From NCBI GenBank assembly GCA_964466905.1, contig CAYXOF010000002.1, forward strand, positions 1 through 44,681: 44,681 nt of DNA. The letters run 5' to 3'. Under the pieces are notes generated by a model. It saw only the letters and a list, made by a program, of their open reading frames with translations. It made no database searches and was not told the origin of the DNA. The translations under genes and the position numbers were made by a program. Numbering within the stretch: position 1 is the first letter of the stretch; every line of letters starts with the position of its first letter. This document shows, one piece after another, positions 9,462 to 18,983 of the stretch. The stretch comes from an uncultured Candidatus Saccharibacteria bacterium (lineage in GTDB: Bacteria; Patescibacteriota; Minisyncoccia; Phycocordibacterales; UBA918).

Positions 9462-11257
9462 TCAGCTAAAAAAGCCATAACGGCAAGCACATTGGTGTGT
9501 TCCATGCCGTCTGCTGTATCATGCGTTACATTATTACTGTAGGTATTATGTACATTCGTGACATAATTACCGTGTGTAGAAAAGGAAGCCCGCACCTCAT
9601 GCAGAATTGTGTGATACAACACAGACTCATACCCAATAATTTTTGCGCACACAATGAATTCACATTTATGATCAAGTGATGCGTGTACGTAATCAGCCAA
9701 TATCGTACGCTCTGTATGTGCTAACATCTCATGATACAGCGGGATGGCGTCTGGGGACACCGGTCTGGAATAGAACGCACTCGCACCAATGATCGCGTGT
9801 GTGCAGAAGTAAATTCGGGCATCACGATCATTATCTTCGCCTAGAACAGTCTCTGCTTGTGCAATATCTAACAATTTGCTTGGATCAATGCGAAACGACG
9901 GATCTTCCACAGCAAAAAAGTAATCACACAAGTAGAGAAAATTGACCGCTGGAGTTGACAGGGTGAATAATGATGTGGGATCAGAGAGTAGTGCCTGATG
10001 GGTCGACCGAAGCAGATCTCGATTGATGTGATCCAACTCTTGCCGGTAGTGACGCCCTGAAAACACCGTCTGATCAAACAACACTTTAAAGAATACAGCA
10101 TTGTACGCAGCAATGAGTGGGTGTTTTAGCTTGGCGGCCGCTCGATACGCCTTCCCGGCGGAAGCAGCTGACTCTGTCTCAGACGAAGGATCGGAGATTT
10201 TCTGTATATCGCGTGCCACGGAAGACCACCACGCCTCAGTATCAGCCTCAATCGCAGTACGATATGATGCATCACCTGTCCACAAATACATCCGCGTAAA
10301 GTAATGAATACGAGCAGTTTGTGACAAAAATGGAGCAACACGCTGATAATACGCATGAATAGAAGCAATCGTCGGGGGTGTTATGGTGCGATCATGGGCG
10401 TCGGTCAGTTCGTCGAGCAGATGAGTCGCAACACTGTACGGTGAGCAGGATTGTAACCCTTCCCATTGTGGGTTGAAATTCACTTCTAGAAAATATAATG
10501 CCCCGGCATCATCTTCAAGAATATCAACGCCACAGAGTGTCGCCTTAAAGCATGAGGCCACTTTGGTAGCATACCCAATCAGGCGCTGTCGTAATGCTCC
10601 TTCTGCAACCCGCTCTGCCACACCACCTTGCGAAATATTATTTAAATGGGCATTGTTTGACGCTGAACTTGCTTGTCTATGAATACAATCATGGACAACG
10701 CCACCAACCACCAACACACGGTAATCGCCTTTGTTGGCAACATATGCCTGAAACACGTACTCAGAAAGCGCTTCTGGCAAATGCTCGACATCGGCTGGTT
10801 GGGTGAGTATGACTATTCCCTCCCCACGCGCTCCATAGTCTGGTTTAGCAATGACTGGAAACGATATCCCGAGTCGGGTTACTTTACGGTGAAAATTATC
10901 AATCGTCTCCGCGGTAAAGGTTGGAATACTTTTCAGTGCAGCAGGAAGAAAACTGACATGAGCAGTCATGATTGCATGCTGCATCGACTTGCTAAACACG
11001 TTGGTTTGCCGGTAGGCCTCAAAATTAATTATCGTCGTGCGTGCGGACTGTTGGCACAGCCAGCGATCACGTGCGAGTAGAGTAGCAGCAGTAAAGTTAC
11101 CACTTCGCCAAAATAGCACCGGGGCTGGAATTGAATCCACCATATCATCAATCTTTCCAAAAATGACTGGTAGGTTGCGCACCTCTGCATCAGCTCTCAG
11201 TGCCTGGATCTCAAACGAATCAGTTCGATAGGCGACAAAAATACGAGACTCATTCAC
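9434..11257 (-). CDS. RimK-like ATP-grasp ligase fused to a ~300-aa C-terminal domain of unknown function
   Basis: The N-terminal half has FPVIAKPDYGARGEGIV, QAYVANKGDYRVLVVGG and YFLEVNFNPQWEG, which are ATP-grasp motifs. I cannot assign the C-terminal half (from about aa 300; helical, His/Tyr/Cys-rich, e.g. IYFCTHAIIGASAFY and GMEHTNVLAVMAF). Its 3' end overlaps the convergent 8484..9461 gene by 28 nt. Confidence 0.75.
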   Translation of the reverse strand: MNESRIFVAYRTDSFEIQALRADAEVRNLPVIFGKIDDMVDSIPAPVLFWRSGNFTAATLLARDRWLCQQSARTTIINFEAYRQTNVFSKSMQHAIMTAHVSFLPAALKSIPTFTAETIDNFHRKVTRLGISFPVIAKPDYGARGEGIVILTQPADVEHLPEALSEYVFQAYVANKGDYRVLVVGGVVHDCIHRQASSASNNAHLNNISQGGVAERVAEGALRQRLIGYATKVASCFKATLCGVDILEDDAGALYFLEVNFNPQWEGLQSCSPYSVATHLLDELTDAHDRTITPPTIASIHAYYQRVAPFLSQTARIHYFTRMYLWTGDASYRTAIEADTEAWWSSVARDIQKISDPSSETESAASAGKAYRAAAKLKHPLIAAYNAVFFKVLFDQTVFSGRHYRQELDHINRDLLRSTHQALLSDPTSLFTLSTPAVNFLYLCDYFFAVEDPSFRIDPSKLLDIAQAETVLGEDNDRDARIYFCTHAIIGASAFYSRPVSPDAIPLYHEMLAHTERTILADYVHASLDHKCEFIVCAKIIGYESVLYHTILHEVRASFSTHGNYVTNVHNTYSNNVTHDTADGMEHTNVLAVMAFLADYRFVPRVK

Positions 11258-11264
11258 AACCTAA

Positions 11265-11960
11265 CTAGATACCAAATCGAACTTCAGGCGCACCAGTCGG
11301 GACTGATATATCATCACCCTCCTCCGTGGCAGTCGATGGTAGTAGCGCTGGATCAATTGCGGCCACTACCTGCTCGATGAATTCTTGGTACGTCTGAAAT
11401 TGCATCCGTTCACCATTAAGGAAGAAAGTTGGGGTACCCGTTAGTTCTCGGTCGCGAGCTTCATTTAAATCGTCGCGAACACGATCGCGGATCATCGATG
11501 CATTAAAGTGTCGCCGAAACAGTTCCTCATCAAGACCCAATGCTGCAGCATAGCTCACAAATGTACCAGTCGGGTTTGGGCTAGCGGTCCATTCTGACTG
11601 CTTTTCAAACAGTACATCATGGAACTCAAAGAATTTTCCTTGCTGGCCAGCCGCTTCAGCCGCTCGCGCGGCCGCCTGAGACAAACTATGGATCGGCAGT
11701 GGGAAATGTTTGTATTCTAGTTTCATCTGGTCTCCGTAGTTCGTCAATAACTCAGCCAGGACTGGTTGAAACGCTGCACACGCCGGACACTGAAAGTCAC
11801 TAAACTCGGTCAGTACTACTGTTGCCTCAGGGTTCCCTTTAATATGGTCAGTGATGACAATACCGATATTGTTATCCTCGGTCACTGTGGAGGAATACCA
11901 GATCGATCCGCCAATTAAGAGAACTGTTAATACACCGAGAATTACCCATGGATTTTTCAT
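11265..11960 (-). CDS. DsbA-family thiol:disulfide oxidoreductase, membrane-anchored
   Basis: FSDFQCPACAAF carries the CPAC active site in the Thioredoxin_4/DsbA pattern, with an N-terminal TM helix. I chose the start at ATG 11958-11960 (MKNPWV...) because TACAAT lies 8 nt upstream. The track ORF starts 18 nt earlier. Confidence 0.85.
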   Translation of the reverse strand: MKNPWVILGVLTVLLIGGSIWYSSTVTEDNNIGIVITDHIKGNPEATVVLTEFSDFQCPACAAFQPVLAELLTNYGDQMKLEYKHFPLPIHSLSQAAARAAEAAGQQGKFFEFHDVLFEKQSEWTASPNPTGTFVSYAAALGLDEELFRRHFNASMIRDRVRDDLNEARDRELTGTPTFFLNGERMQFQTYQEFIEQVVAAIDPALLPSTATEEGDDISVPTGAPEVRFGI

Positions 11961-12023
11961 ATCGTCAGATTGTAGCATACCGGAATCTCACCCACACCCA
12001 GGTGTCATGTCAGAGTGATTACT

Positions 12024-12032
12024 TGGTATTAT
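12024..12032 (+). promoter_or_regulatory. extended -10 promoter element (TGG-TATTAT) 8 nt upstream of the P-type ATPase ATG
   Basis: TGGTATTAT at 12024-12032 and the ATG at 12041. This geometry recurs at many genes in the window. Confidence 0.45.
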
Positions 12033-12040
12033 GTCAACAT

Positions 12041-14695
12041 ATGTCACACACCGTTCCGCACCACCCTTGGGCAACCGATACAGCCCAGATTACAGACGAA
12101 CTCACCACCAATAGCACACAGGGACTGGCGAGTGATGAGGCCACTCGTCGACTTACTATCTACGGCGAAAATGACTTTACGACTACTCCAACCCGCACGC
12201 CAGTCAGTATCTTCTTTGCACAATTAAAGACACCCCTCATTATCATTTTGTGGATTGCGGTACTTTTGACCGTGCTCTTTAGCAAGTGGCTTGATGCGTC
12301 GATTATCACCTTCGCGATTCTCGTTAATGCGATCTTTGGCTTTATTCAAGAATACCGCGCTGAACGGGCCATTGCTGATCTGCGTTCATACATTACCGAA
12401 CGAACGCGCGTCATTCGCGACGGGCGAGAACAAGAAATTGACCCCCGTTACTTAGTACCCGGCGATGTGATTCATATTACTAATGGTGCCCGCATCACCG
12501 CTGATGCACGTATCCTGAGCGAGATCAGCTTCACCACTAATGAAGCCATTCTGACCGGAGAATCACTACCGGTTGAGAAGCAGAGTGACATGTTGCCTGA
12601 GACCACCCCATTGCCAGAACGAACCAACATGGTATTTGCTGGTACGCTTGGCAACGACGGGTCTGCCTATGCGCTCGTCACTGCCACCGGTAATACAACA
12701 GAGATTGGGAAACTGGCTCGCTTAGTTACCACTACCGAGCGTGAGAAAACACCACTGCAAAAAGCTATCGAGAAGCTGACCTGGGTAATCATTGTGATTA
12801 CGACAGCCTTAGTGACGATTCTCTTTGTGATGGGCTTATGGCAAGGACAGGCACTCTACGATATGGCGGTCTTAAGTATTGCGGTCCTTGTCGGCTCGGT
12901 ACCAGAAGCGCTACCCATTGGTCTTACGGCAGTGCTCGCAATTGGGGTGCAGCGCATTGCCAAGCGAAAAGGTATCATGCGTAGCCTCACCGCTGCCGAG
13001 ACATTAGGCTCCACGTCGCTCATAATTACTGACAAAACGGGGACACTCACACAAGCAGACATGCAGCTTGTCGGAATCGACGCCACGCCACAACTCTTGG
13101 CGTCTGACTTTACGCCCCGAGGAACCATTACTGAGTTCAGTAATCATGAGCGTATACTACTGTCACTCGCTCGTTCGGCAGCTGACGTCGTCATTGAGAA
13201 CCCCGATGCCGCGCCGCAGGATTGGCACATCAGTGGTGCCGCCCTTGAGGTGAATATCGTACGAGCAGCTGCACTCCAGGGCATCACCCAGGACGCGGCG
13301 ACCCGGAGCACTATTGCGATCCGTATCCCCTTTAGCTCGAAACATAAATTCTCCGTCACCCGCATTCCCACCTCAGCACTCGCACACGAACACCCACACT
13401 ACCACGACCCGCACGTTGTCATGGGCGCCCCTGATATCCTCATTGCTCGCAGTACACTGTCCCACGATGAGCAGACCAAACTTTTATCAGCGATCACAAA
13501 ACTCAGTGAGCAAGGGAGACGCGTCCTTGGTATTGCACTCTTTGAAGCCGACGGTGATACATCGATCACCCCAGAAGAGGTGCAGTCAATTACCATGTTA
13601 GGGCTTTTGAGCTTTTATGATCCGATCCGACCAGACGTTCCAGCTGCACTCACGCGTATCACCAACAGTGGTGTACGAGTCATCATGGCCACTGGTGATC
13701 TCCCCGGGACGGCCCGGGCCATCGCTCGCGAGCTCGGCTGGGAAGTGGCCGACAACCAGATCCTCACCGGTAGCCAACTCACACAACTCACTGACGCAGA
13801 CCTCTTACGCATTTTACCCCGCATTTCGATCTACGCTCGCGTCACCCCAGAAGATAAGCTTCGCATCACTCGCCTGCACCAAAGTCGAGGTGAGATCGTC
13901 GCCATGACCGGCGATGGTGTCAATGATGCGCCGTCACTCAAGGCCGCCAATATCGGTATCGCCGTTGGCTCGGGGAGTGATGTCGCCAAGGGTGTGGCAG
14001 ACTTAGTGCTCCTTGATAATAGCTTTAACACCATCGTGGCTGCGATCGAGGAAGGTAAAAACATCCTCGCAAACATCAAAAAAACGTTTGTGTACCTGAT
14101 GTCAAACGCACTTGATGAACTCGTGATTGTTGGTGGTGCAATTCTCATGGGCGCCGCATTACCACTTACCGCAGCGCAAATCATTTGGGTCAACCTCTTT
14201 ACCGGTAGCCTTCCGGCGGTTGCCTACGCCTTTGACGTGCACCGTCCGCGCCCAGGAGAAAAAGTCAGCAAAGAATTCTTTGATGGGAGGGTTAAATTTC
14301 TCACGATTATCACCGGCTTAACCACTTCAATCTTACTCTTACTGCAATACCTCACCCTCCTCCACTACGGTGTACCAGTCGAACTAGCCCGAAGCGTGCT
14401 CTTTGCCTGCTTCGGTAGCTATATCCTCATTATTGCCTTCTCTTTCCATAACATGCGAGCACCCCTATTTACTTACCCATTGTTTGAAAACCACGTGCTC
14501 CTGTGGGGAGTGGGGATCGGTCTCGTTGCCACCCTATCGACACTCTACCTACCACTCTTCCAAAATATCTTTGATGTCACTGCACTACCACCAGTATGGT
14601 TGGGATTTGTAGTTATCTGGCTCATTATCAATGTTGCGCTGATCGAGCTCTGTAAATGGATTATAAACCGCTACGTGATGCCAGATAGTCTCTAG
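12041..14695 (+). CDS. P-type cation-transporting ATPase (type II, Ca2+/cation pump-like)
   Basis: LTGES, ITDKTGTLT (phosphorylation site), ATGD, MTGDGVNDAPSLKAANIGIAVG and about 10 TM helices. I chose the ATG at 12041 (MSHTVPHHPW...). The longer track ORF overlaps the divergent dsbA-like gene. Confidence 0.92.
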   Translation: MSHTVPHHPWATDTAQITDELTTNSTQGLASDEATRRLTIYGENDFTTTPTRTPVSIFFAQLKTPLIIILWIAVLLTVLFSKWLDASIITFAILVNAIFGFIQEYRAERAIADLRSYITERTRVIRDGREQEIDPRYLVPGDVIHITNGARITADARILSEISFTTNEAILTGESLPVEKQSDMLPETTPLPERTNMVFAGTLGNDGSAYALVTATGNTTEIGKLARLVTTTEREKTPLQKAIEKLTWVIIVITTALVTILFVMGLWQGQALYDMAVLSIAVLVGSVPEALPIGLTAVLAIGVQRIAKRKGIMRSLTAAETLGSTSLIITDKTGTLTQADMQLVGIDATPQLLASDFTPRGTITEFSNHERILLSLARSAADVVIENPDAAPQDWHISGAALEVNIVRAAALQGITQDAATRSTIAIRIPFSSKHKFSVTRIPTSALAHEHPHYHDPHVVMGAPDILIARSTLSHDEQTKLLSAITKLSEQGRRVLGIALFEADGDTSITPEEVQSITMLGLLSFYDPIRPDVPAALTRITNSGVRVIMATGDLPGTARAIARELGWEVADNQILTGSQLTQLTDADLLRILPRISIYARVTPEDKLRITRLHQSRGEIVAMTGDGVNDAPSLKAANIGIAVGSGSDVAKGVADLVLLDNSFNTIVAAIEEGKNILANIKKTFVYLMSNALDELVIVGGAILMGAALPLTAAQIIWVNLFTGSLPAVAYAFDVHRPRPGEKVSKEFFDGRVKFLTIITGLTTSILLLLQYLTLLHYGVPVELARSVLFACFGSYILIIAFSFHNMRAPLFTYPLFENHVLLWGVGIGLVATLSTLYLPLFQNIFDVTALPPVWLGFVVIWLIINVALIELCKWIINRYVMPDSL

Positions 14696-14763
14696 TGATT
14701 ACTGTTAAGGATATCGGTGTGGATACTTGAAAAAACTATCTTAACGTGGTCTAATCACTGTCC

Positions 14764-15504
14764 ATGGCATTTAAACCAAACTTCACAAAGAAAAAGAAGC
14801 GCCGCGTGCACGGCACCACCTTTTGGGATGCTGAATACACGAACCCCACCCACCTCAAACTGTCGACTGCCGAAAGTGAAGATTTGGCGAAATTTATGCG
14901 GTGGCTCGGTCGCCAAGACCGGGCTGATCTCTTCGTACCAGGCTCACCCATAGTTGATATTGGCTGCGGGAATGGCCGTAATCTGATTTATCTCGCCCGA
15001 GAGTTCGGCTTCAGCGGATTTGGCTATGATATTTCTGCAGCCGCTATTGCCCAAGCACGAACAGCGAGCCAAGGGTTTCCACTTATGTACACCACTGGTA
15101 CCGGTGCCACTCCCCTCGCTTCACTTGAGGCGGAGAGTCAGGCCATTGCACTTGATATGATGGTATCGCACTTCTTTGACCGTGCGACGAGAACACAGGT
15201 ACGTGATGAGATTTTTCGAGTCCTGAAACCAGGTGGGTTCCTCTTTATGAAAACATTTTTACGCGACGATGATCTCCACACCGCCAGACTGGTGAAAGAA
15301 TTCCCTGGTCCAGAACCATTTAGCTACATTCACCCGGTCATGGGTGTCGCTGAGTATGTGTATGACGAAGCTACCCTCGTTGATTTTTTATCTGAGAAAT
15401 TTATTGTCCGTAAAATCTACCGCTCGCATAAACACCGTAGTCACGGTAAAGCGAATAAACGACGGACCATTTCAATCTATGCTGAGAAAGACTTCCGTAC
15501 CTAG
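14764..15504 (+). CDS. class I SAM-dependent methyltransferase
   Basis: VDIGCGNGRN is motif I, followed by VLKPGGFLFM (post-II/III). TGG-TCTAAT lies 8 nt upstream of the ATG. Confidence 0.8.
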   Translation: MAFKPNFTKKKKRRVHGTTFWDAEYTNPTHLKLSTAESEDLAKFMRWLGRQDRADLFVPGSPIVDIGCGNGRNLIYLAREFGFSGFGYDISAAAIAQARTASQGFPLMYTTGTGATPLASLEAESQAIALDMMVSHFFDRATRTQVRDEIFRVLKPGGFLFMKTFLRDDDLHTARLVKEFPGPEPFSYIHPVMGVAEYVYDEATLVDFLSEKFIVRKIYRSHKHRSHGKANKRRTISIYAEKDFRT

Positions 15505-15507
15505 TCA

Positions 15508-16200
15508 CTACTCACCACAAGCGAAGGTACGGCGACACTCATCTTGACCTTCTCCAGCTGGCACCATAGCGCAGAGCGCGCACTGATCAGTACTAGGAGT
15601 CGTAAATGATGTTGGAGTTTCCATACCGCGATTCATGAGCGCGGAAAAGTCCTGAAAGAGTACATCGCCAGGCGGCACGAACACACTACCGTCAACTAGA
15701 ATCCACGGCCGGCAATCATACCGTACATTCGTGTCAAGTGGCACAGGGGTATTCACATCAGGTGATGAGTCATCCGTTACTTCAGTTACGGCCGACAAAC
15801 GAGCTTTCATACCATACGTCTCTCCCTCGATTTCGGACCATGAGTAAAATGTTTCATCGGCAATAATCATTGATGAGACACTATCAGTACCCTGTACCTT
15901 GACAATAAAGTCACCGCGCACCTTACCGCCAGCCACGAAATACGTACCCGTCACGTCAGTGCCCTCTGGATCACGATACGTAATAGTACACTCAAGTGGT
16001 ACGGCTTGTGTCAGGAGTGATAAGAGTGAACCCTCACCGACCACTGGCTCTTCTACCACTGCCACCGCCTCAGGTACCTGCTCTTGTCGCACTCCTGATA
16101 GAGCCGAGGAAGAACTGGAATCAGAAAATAACACGTAACCAAAGGCACCGACGGCCGCCACACCAATGAGACCCAATACGACGATCAAAGAAGTTTTCAT
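15508..16200 (-). CDS. membrane-anchored/secreted hypothetical protein with Cys-rich C-terminus
   Basis: Start at ATG 16198-16200 (MKTSLIVVLGLIGVAAVGAFG... signal/anchor). The mature part looks beta-rich. The C-terminus reads CALCAMVPAGEGQDECRRTFACGE. Confidence 0.55.
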   Translation of the reverse strand: MKTSLIVVLGLIGVAAVGAFGYVLFSDSSSSSALSGVRQEQVPEAVAVVEEPVVGEGSLLSLLTQAVPLECTITYRDPEGTDVTGTYFVAGGKVRGDFIVKVQGTDSVSSMIIADETFYSWSEIEGETYGMKARLSAVTEVTDDSSPDVNTPVPLDTNVRYDCRPWILVDGSVFVPPGDVLFQDFSALMNRGMETPTSFTTPSTDQCALCAMVPAGEGQDECRRTFACGE

Positions 16201-16308
16201 AGGGATACGAAATAATAGATAACCTGCCTGTAATCCACTACAGTATACCACTCTTTACCGAACGTCCCCAAGTCAACTGATCCATGCTACTATTTTGACA
16301 CTCTTGGT

Positions 16309-17343
16309 ATGCTAGCACCTGCGACTTCACTTTCAAAGCGAATTGCACTTCGCGTCACGTTAATCCTCGTACTCCTTTTGTGCATTCTCGCGAGTACGGG
16401 CATTGCCTTCATCCTCTCCACGAAACAATCAGTCTATCAAGCGGCACAAGACCGTCTCGAACCAACGGAAAGCACGAATACCGCGGAATATTTCCCAGTC
16501 GGCATCGACCCCGTTAACGAACTCATCATTGAGCAACCAACCGTTGATGGGTTTCTCTATGAATATCTTGCCTATACCGACCAGACCAACCCGCGCAGCT
16601 GGTGGTACGCACTCACTGCCACCCTGGCAAACTATGATTGGTACCAGCAACTCGCCTCACCGGTCTCTCGCATTATTGTGATCTGGCCAGGGGAACGAAC
16701 GGATGAGGTGGCTGAGACGAGCGGTGCAGTATTGCGCTGGGATCGTGCACAGAGAGACGATTTTATAAGTATGAGTCACAACCTAGGCGGTCTGCCCGAG
16801 GGTACCTTATTTCCCGGACGCTATGTGACGCACCGCTATGCCAGCCCAGCCGAAATCGCGCTCATGATCAATGATCGGTTTCAAAATGAAATCATCGAGC
16901 GCTACCCACCAACACTCGCTGACACCCTCCCCCTGGCAGAAGTCCTCACGATTGCCTCTCTCCTTGAACGGGAGGCCCGTGACTTTACGGATATGCGAGA
17001 AATTTCAGGCATCATCTGGAACCGTCTCTTTATTGACATGCCACTACAACTCGACGCCACACTCCAATACGTTAAAGCAAACGAGCGAATGGATCGGGTC
17101 TGGTGGCCAGTGGTCCGACCAGCCGATAAGTTTCTTGATTCACCATTTAACACGTATCAGCACGCGGGACTACCACCCAGCCCCATTGCCAACCCGTCCC
17201 CTGAAGCAATCCTCGCTGCTCTAAATCCAAAAGCCACCACTTGCTACTTTTATTTTCATGACACGAAACGAAACTTTTACTGCAGTGACACCTACGAGGA
17301 ACATGTCGAAAAGCTGAAAGCGATCTATGGACGAGGCTCATAG
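16309..17343 (+). CDS. mltG: endolytic murein transglycosylase MltG (YceG-like)
   Basis: N-terminal TM helix. The YceG family pattern is present: ASLLEREARD, LQLDATLQY and the catalytic-region motifs FNTYQHAGLPPSPIANP. Confidence 0.85.
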   Translation: MLAPATSLSKRIALRVTLILVLLLCILASTGIAFILSTKQSVYQAAQDRLEPTESTNTAEYFPVGIDPVNELIIEQPTVDGFLYEYLAYTDQTNPRSWWYALTATLANYDWYQQLASPVSRIIVIWPGERTDEVAETSGAVLRWDRAQRDDFISMSHNLGGLPEGTLFPGRYVTHRYASPAEIALMINDRFQNEIIERYPPTLADTLPLAEVLTIASLLEREARDFTDMREISGIIWNRLFIDMPLQLDATLQYVKANERMDRVWWPVVRPADKFLDSPFNTYQHAGLPPSPIANPSPEAILAALNPKATTCYFYFHDTKRNFYCSDTYEEHVEKLKAIYGRGS

Positions 17344-17383
17344 TCCTCGGCAATCACCAGGATATGCGCTATACTAATGACAT

Positions 17384-17770
17384 ATGGAACCAGCTGACGG
17401 TACGATTGATGTCCTCGTTGTCGAAGACGATACTGATATGCGTGAGCTCAGTGCCGAAGCACTAACAGCAGCCGGCTTTAACGTCCTGACCGCACGTGAT
17501 GGCGGGGATGGTGTCGATCTAGCACTCGCCCACCACCCAAAGGTGATTCTGCTCGACATCAATATGCCTGTTATGAGCGGACATGAAGTCATGGATCGAT
17601 TGCGTAATGACGCCTGGGGTCGTCACGTAAAAGTAATCTTCCTGACCAATTTTAGTAACCCGCAAGACGTCTTTAAAGCGGTCGAACAAGGGACCGAAGA
17701 ATACATCATCAAAGCCCACACCAGCTTGCAAGAAATCGTCCAAAAAGTTCGGCTGGCGATACACCACTAA
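17384..17770 (+). CDS. stand-alone response-regulator receiver (CheY-like) protein
   Basis: VLVVEDDTDMRE, LLDINMPVMSGHEV (phospho-accepting D) and a conserved K near IIKAH. 128 aa with no output domain. TATACT lies 8 nt upstream of the ATG. Confidence 0.85.
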   Translation: MEPADGTIDVLVVEDDTDMRELSAEALTAAGFNVLTARDGGDGVDLALAHHPKVILLDINMPVMSGHEVMDRLRNDAWGRHVKVIFLTNFSNPQDVFKAVEQGTEEYIIKAHTSLQEIVQKVRLAIHH

Positions 17771-17778
17771 CCACGCTC

Positions 17779-18180
17779 CTACAGTAATCCGAGGAGTTGT
17801 AAGACGGGAGGAATAAAAATAATCATCCCAACCATGCAGGCAATCGTGGACGCGATGAGCACTGCCCCGGCGGCGACGTCTTTCGTGTCACGCGCATAGG
17901 GGTGATACTCTGGCGAAGTGAGATTAATATCAATTTCAATTGCCGTATTAATACATTCAGCAACGAACACGAGGCCGATCGTTAAGAGGAGTACCATCCA
18001 TTCGATCGGAGTGATAGCAAACCACCAACCCGCTAGGCTGACACCACCAGCTGCGACCACCTGTAGCCAGGCATTGGGCGTCGTCTTAAAAAATAAACGT
18101 ACGCCTCGCCACGCATGTGTAAGGCTTCGTGCCCGAGCGTAAAGGGAAAACTCTTCAGGAGTATCAATTGATTCTTGCAT
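17779..18180 (-). CDS. dgkA: prokaryotic diacylglycerol / undecaprenol kinase
   Basis: The DAGK_prokar pattern is present: AWRG...F..E.N (AWRGVRLFFKTTPNAWLQV), ECINTAIE and ARDTKDVAAGAVL, with 3 TM helices. The start is ATG 18178-18180, with TGC-TATACT 6 nt upstream. Confidence 0.85.
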   Translation of the reverse strand: MQESIDTPEEFSLYARARSLTHAWRGVRLFFKTTPNAWLQVVAAGGVSLAGWWFAITPIEWMVLLLTIGLVFVAECINTAIEIDINLTSPEYHPYARDTKDVAAGAVLIASTIACMVGMIIFIPPVLQLLGLL

Positions 18181-18215
18181 CACTCAAGTATAGCAAACCG
18201 ACCAACAAACACCTG

Positions 18216-18857
18216 CTAACTCTGTACATACATTCGCACTCCGTTAGCCAGGCGCGCGACCATATCTTTAAATATCGCCAGATCTGGTTCGAGCAAAGTG
18301 AGACGAAAGCCTTCACGATGGCTTAAGTCCTGAGATGAGCACTACACTACTCGGCGGTGCTAAGACGTGGAAATCCTCAAGATCTGGCAACCAACCATGC
18401 TCGAGCAATATGTCGTCGGTCGGTACTTACGCTTCGCGTGAGCGCTTTCAGCTGAGCTATGGGTCGGGTAGGCTGGGTTGGGACCAATCACTCGGGCAGC
18501 TGGATGCAAGTACATGAAGAGTGTCTGGATGGCATCTCCGAGTCCATTAAAAAATAGGATATCATCGGGAGTAATCTGTACTCCACCCTCTGCATTCCGC
18601 TCAGCGGCTAAGTACTCTCTCGTGGCACGTACCCCTCGAGTCGGCGAATATCCCCACGAAGAATCATCAGTCATGACGAGGGTGGATACGATTTCCTTCA
18701 TCCACGTTGGCACTGGGCGACCTTTGGCAATCGGGTCACCAATATTTTCCCAGTACACGGGCACTCCCATCGCCTTGAGTCGCTCACCCACGGCGACAAT
18801 CTCACGGATTTCATAGGTCAGCTCCCCTGCTCCAGGATGGACAATATCACGCCGCAT
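18216..18857 (-). pseudogene. decayed class I aminotransferase (alanine-aminotransferase-like): frameshift, two in-frame TAGs, internal deletion
   Basis: About 150 N-terminal codons look intact (YEIREIV...WENIGDP...GYSPTRG...FFNGLGDAI...GPNPAYPTHSSAE). The homologous reading then switches frame (LLEHGWLPDLEDFHVLAPP). In-frame TAGs lie at 18360-18362 and 18342-18344. Only the last 35 codons (HREGFRLTLLEPDLAIFKDMVARLANGVRMYVQS*) resemble an aminotransferase C-terminus. The roughly 200 aa holding the PLP-lysine region are absent. Confidence 0.7.
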
Positions 18858-18983
18858 AGACCATACAGTATACGAAACTGACCTCGTTGACACAATAAGA
18901 CTGACTCAGGACAGAGCAACAACCCACCGACAATCTAATACCCACAAAGCACCGCCAGTGTGCTACTCTTACGTGACGAATCT

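Noticed and set aside
12472-14193. Minus- and plus-frame ORFs inside the P-type ATPase gene (12472..12654, 12856..13128, 13831..14193 and others).
   Set aside because: They overlap a 884-codon gene carrying all the P-type ATPase signatures, so they are frame shadows of a GC-rich gene.
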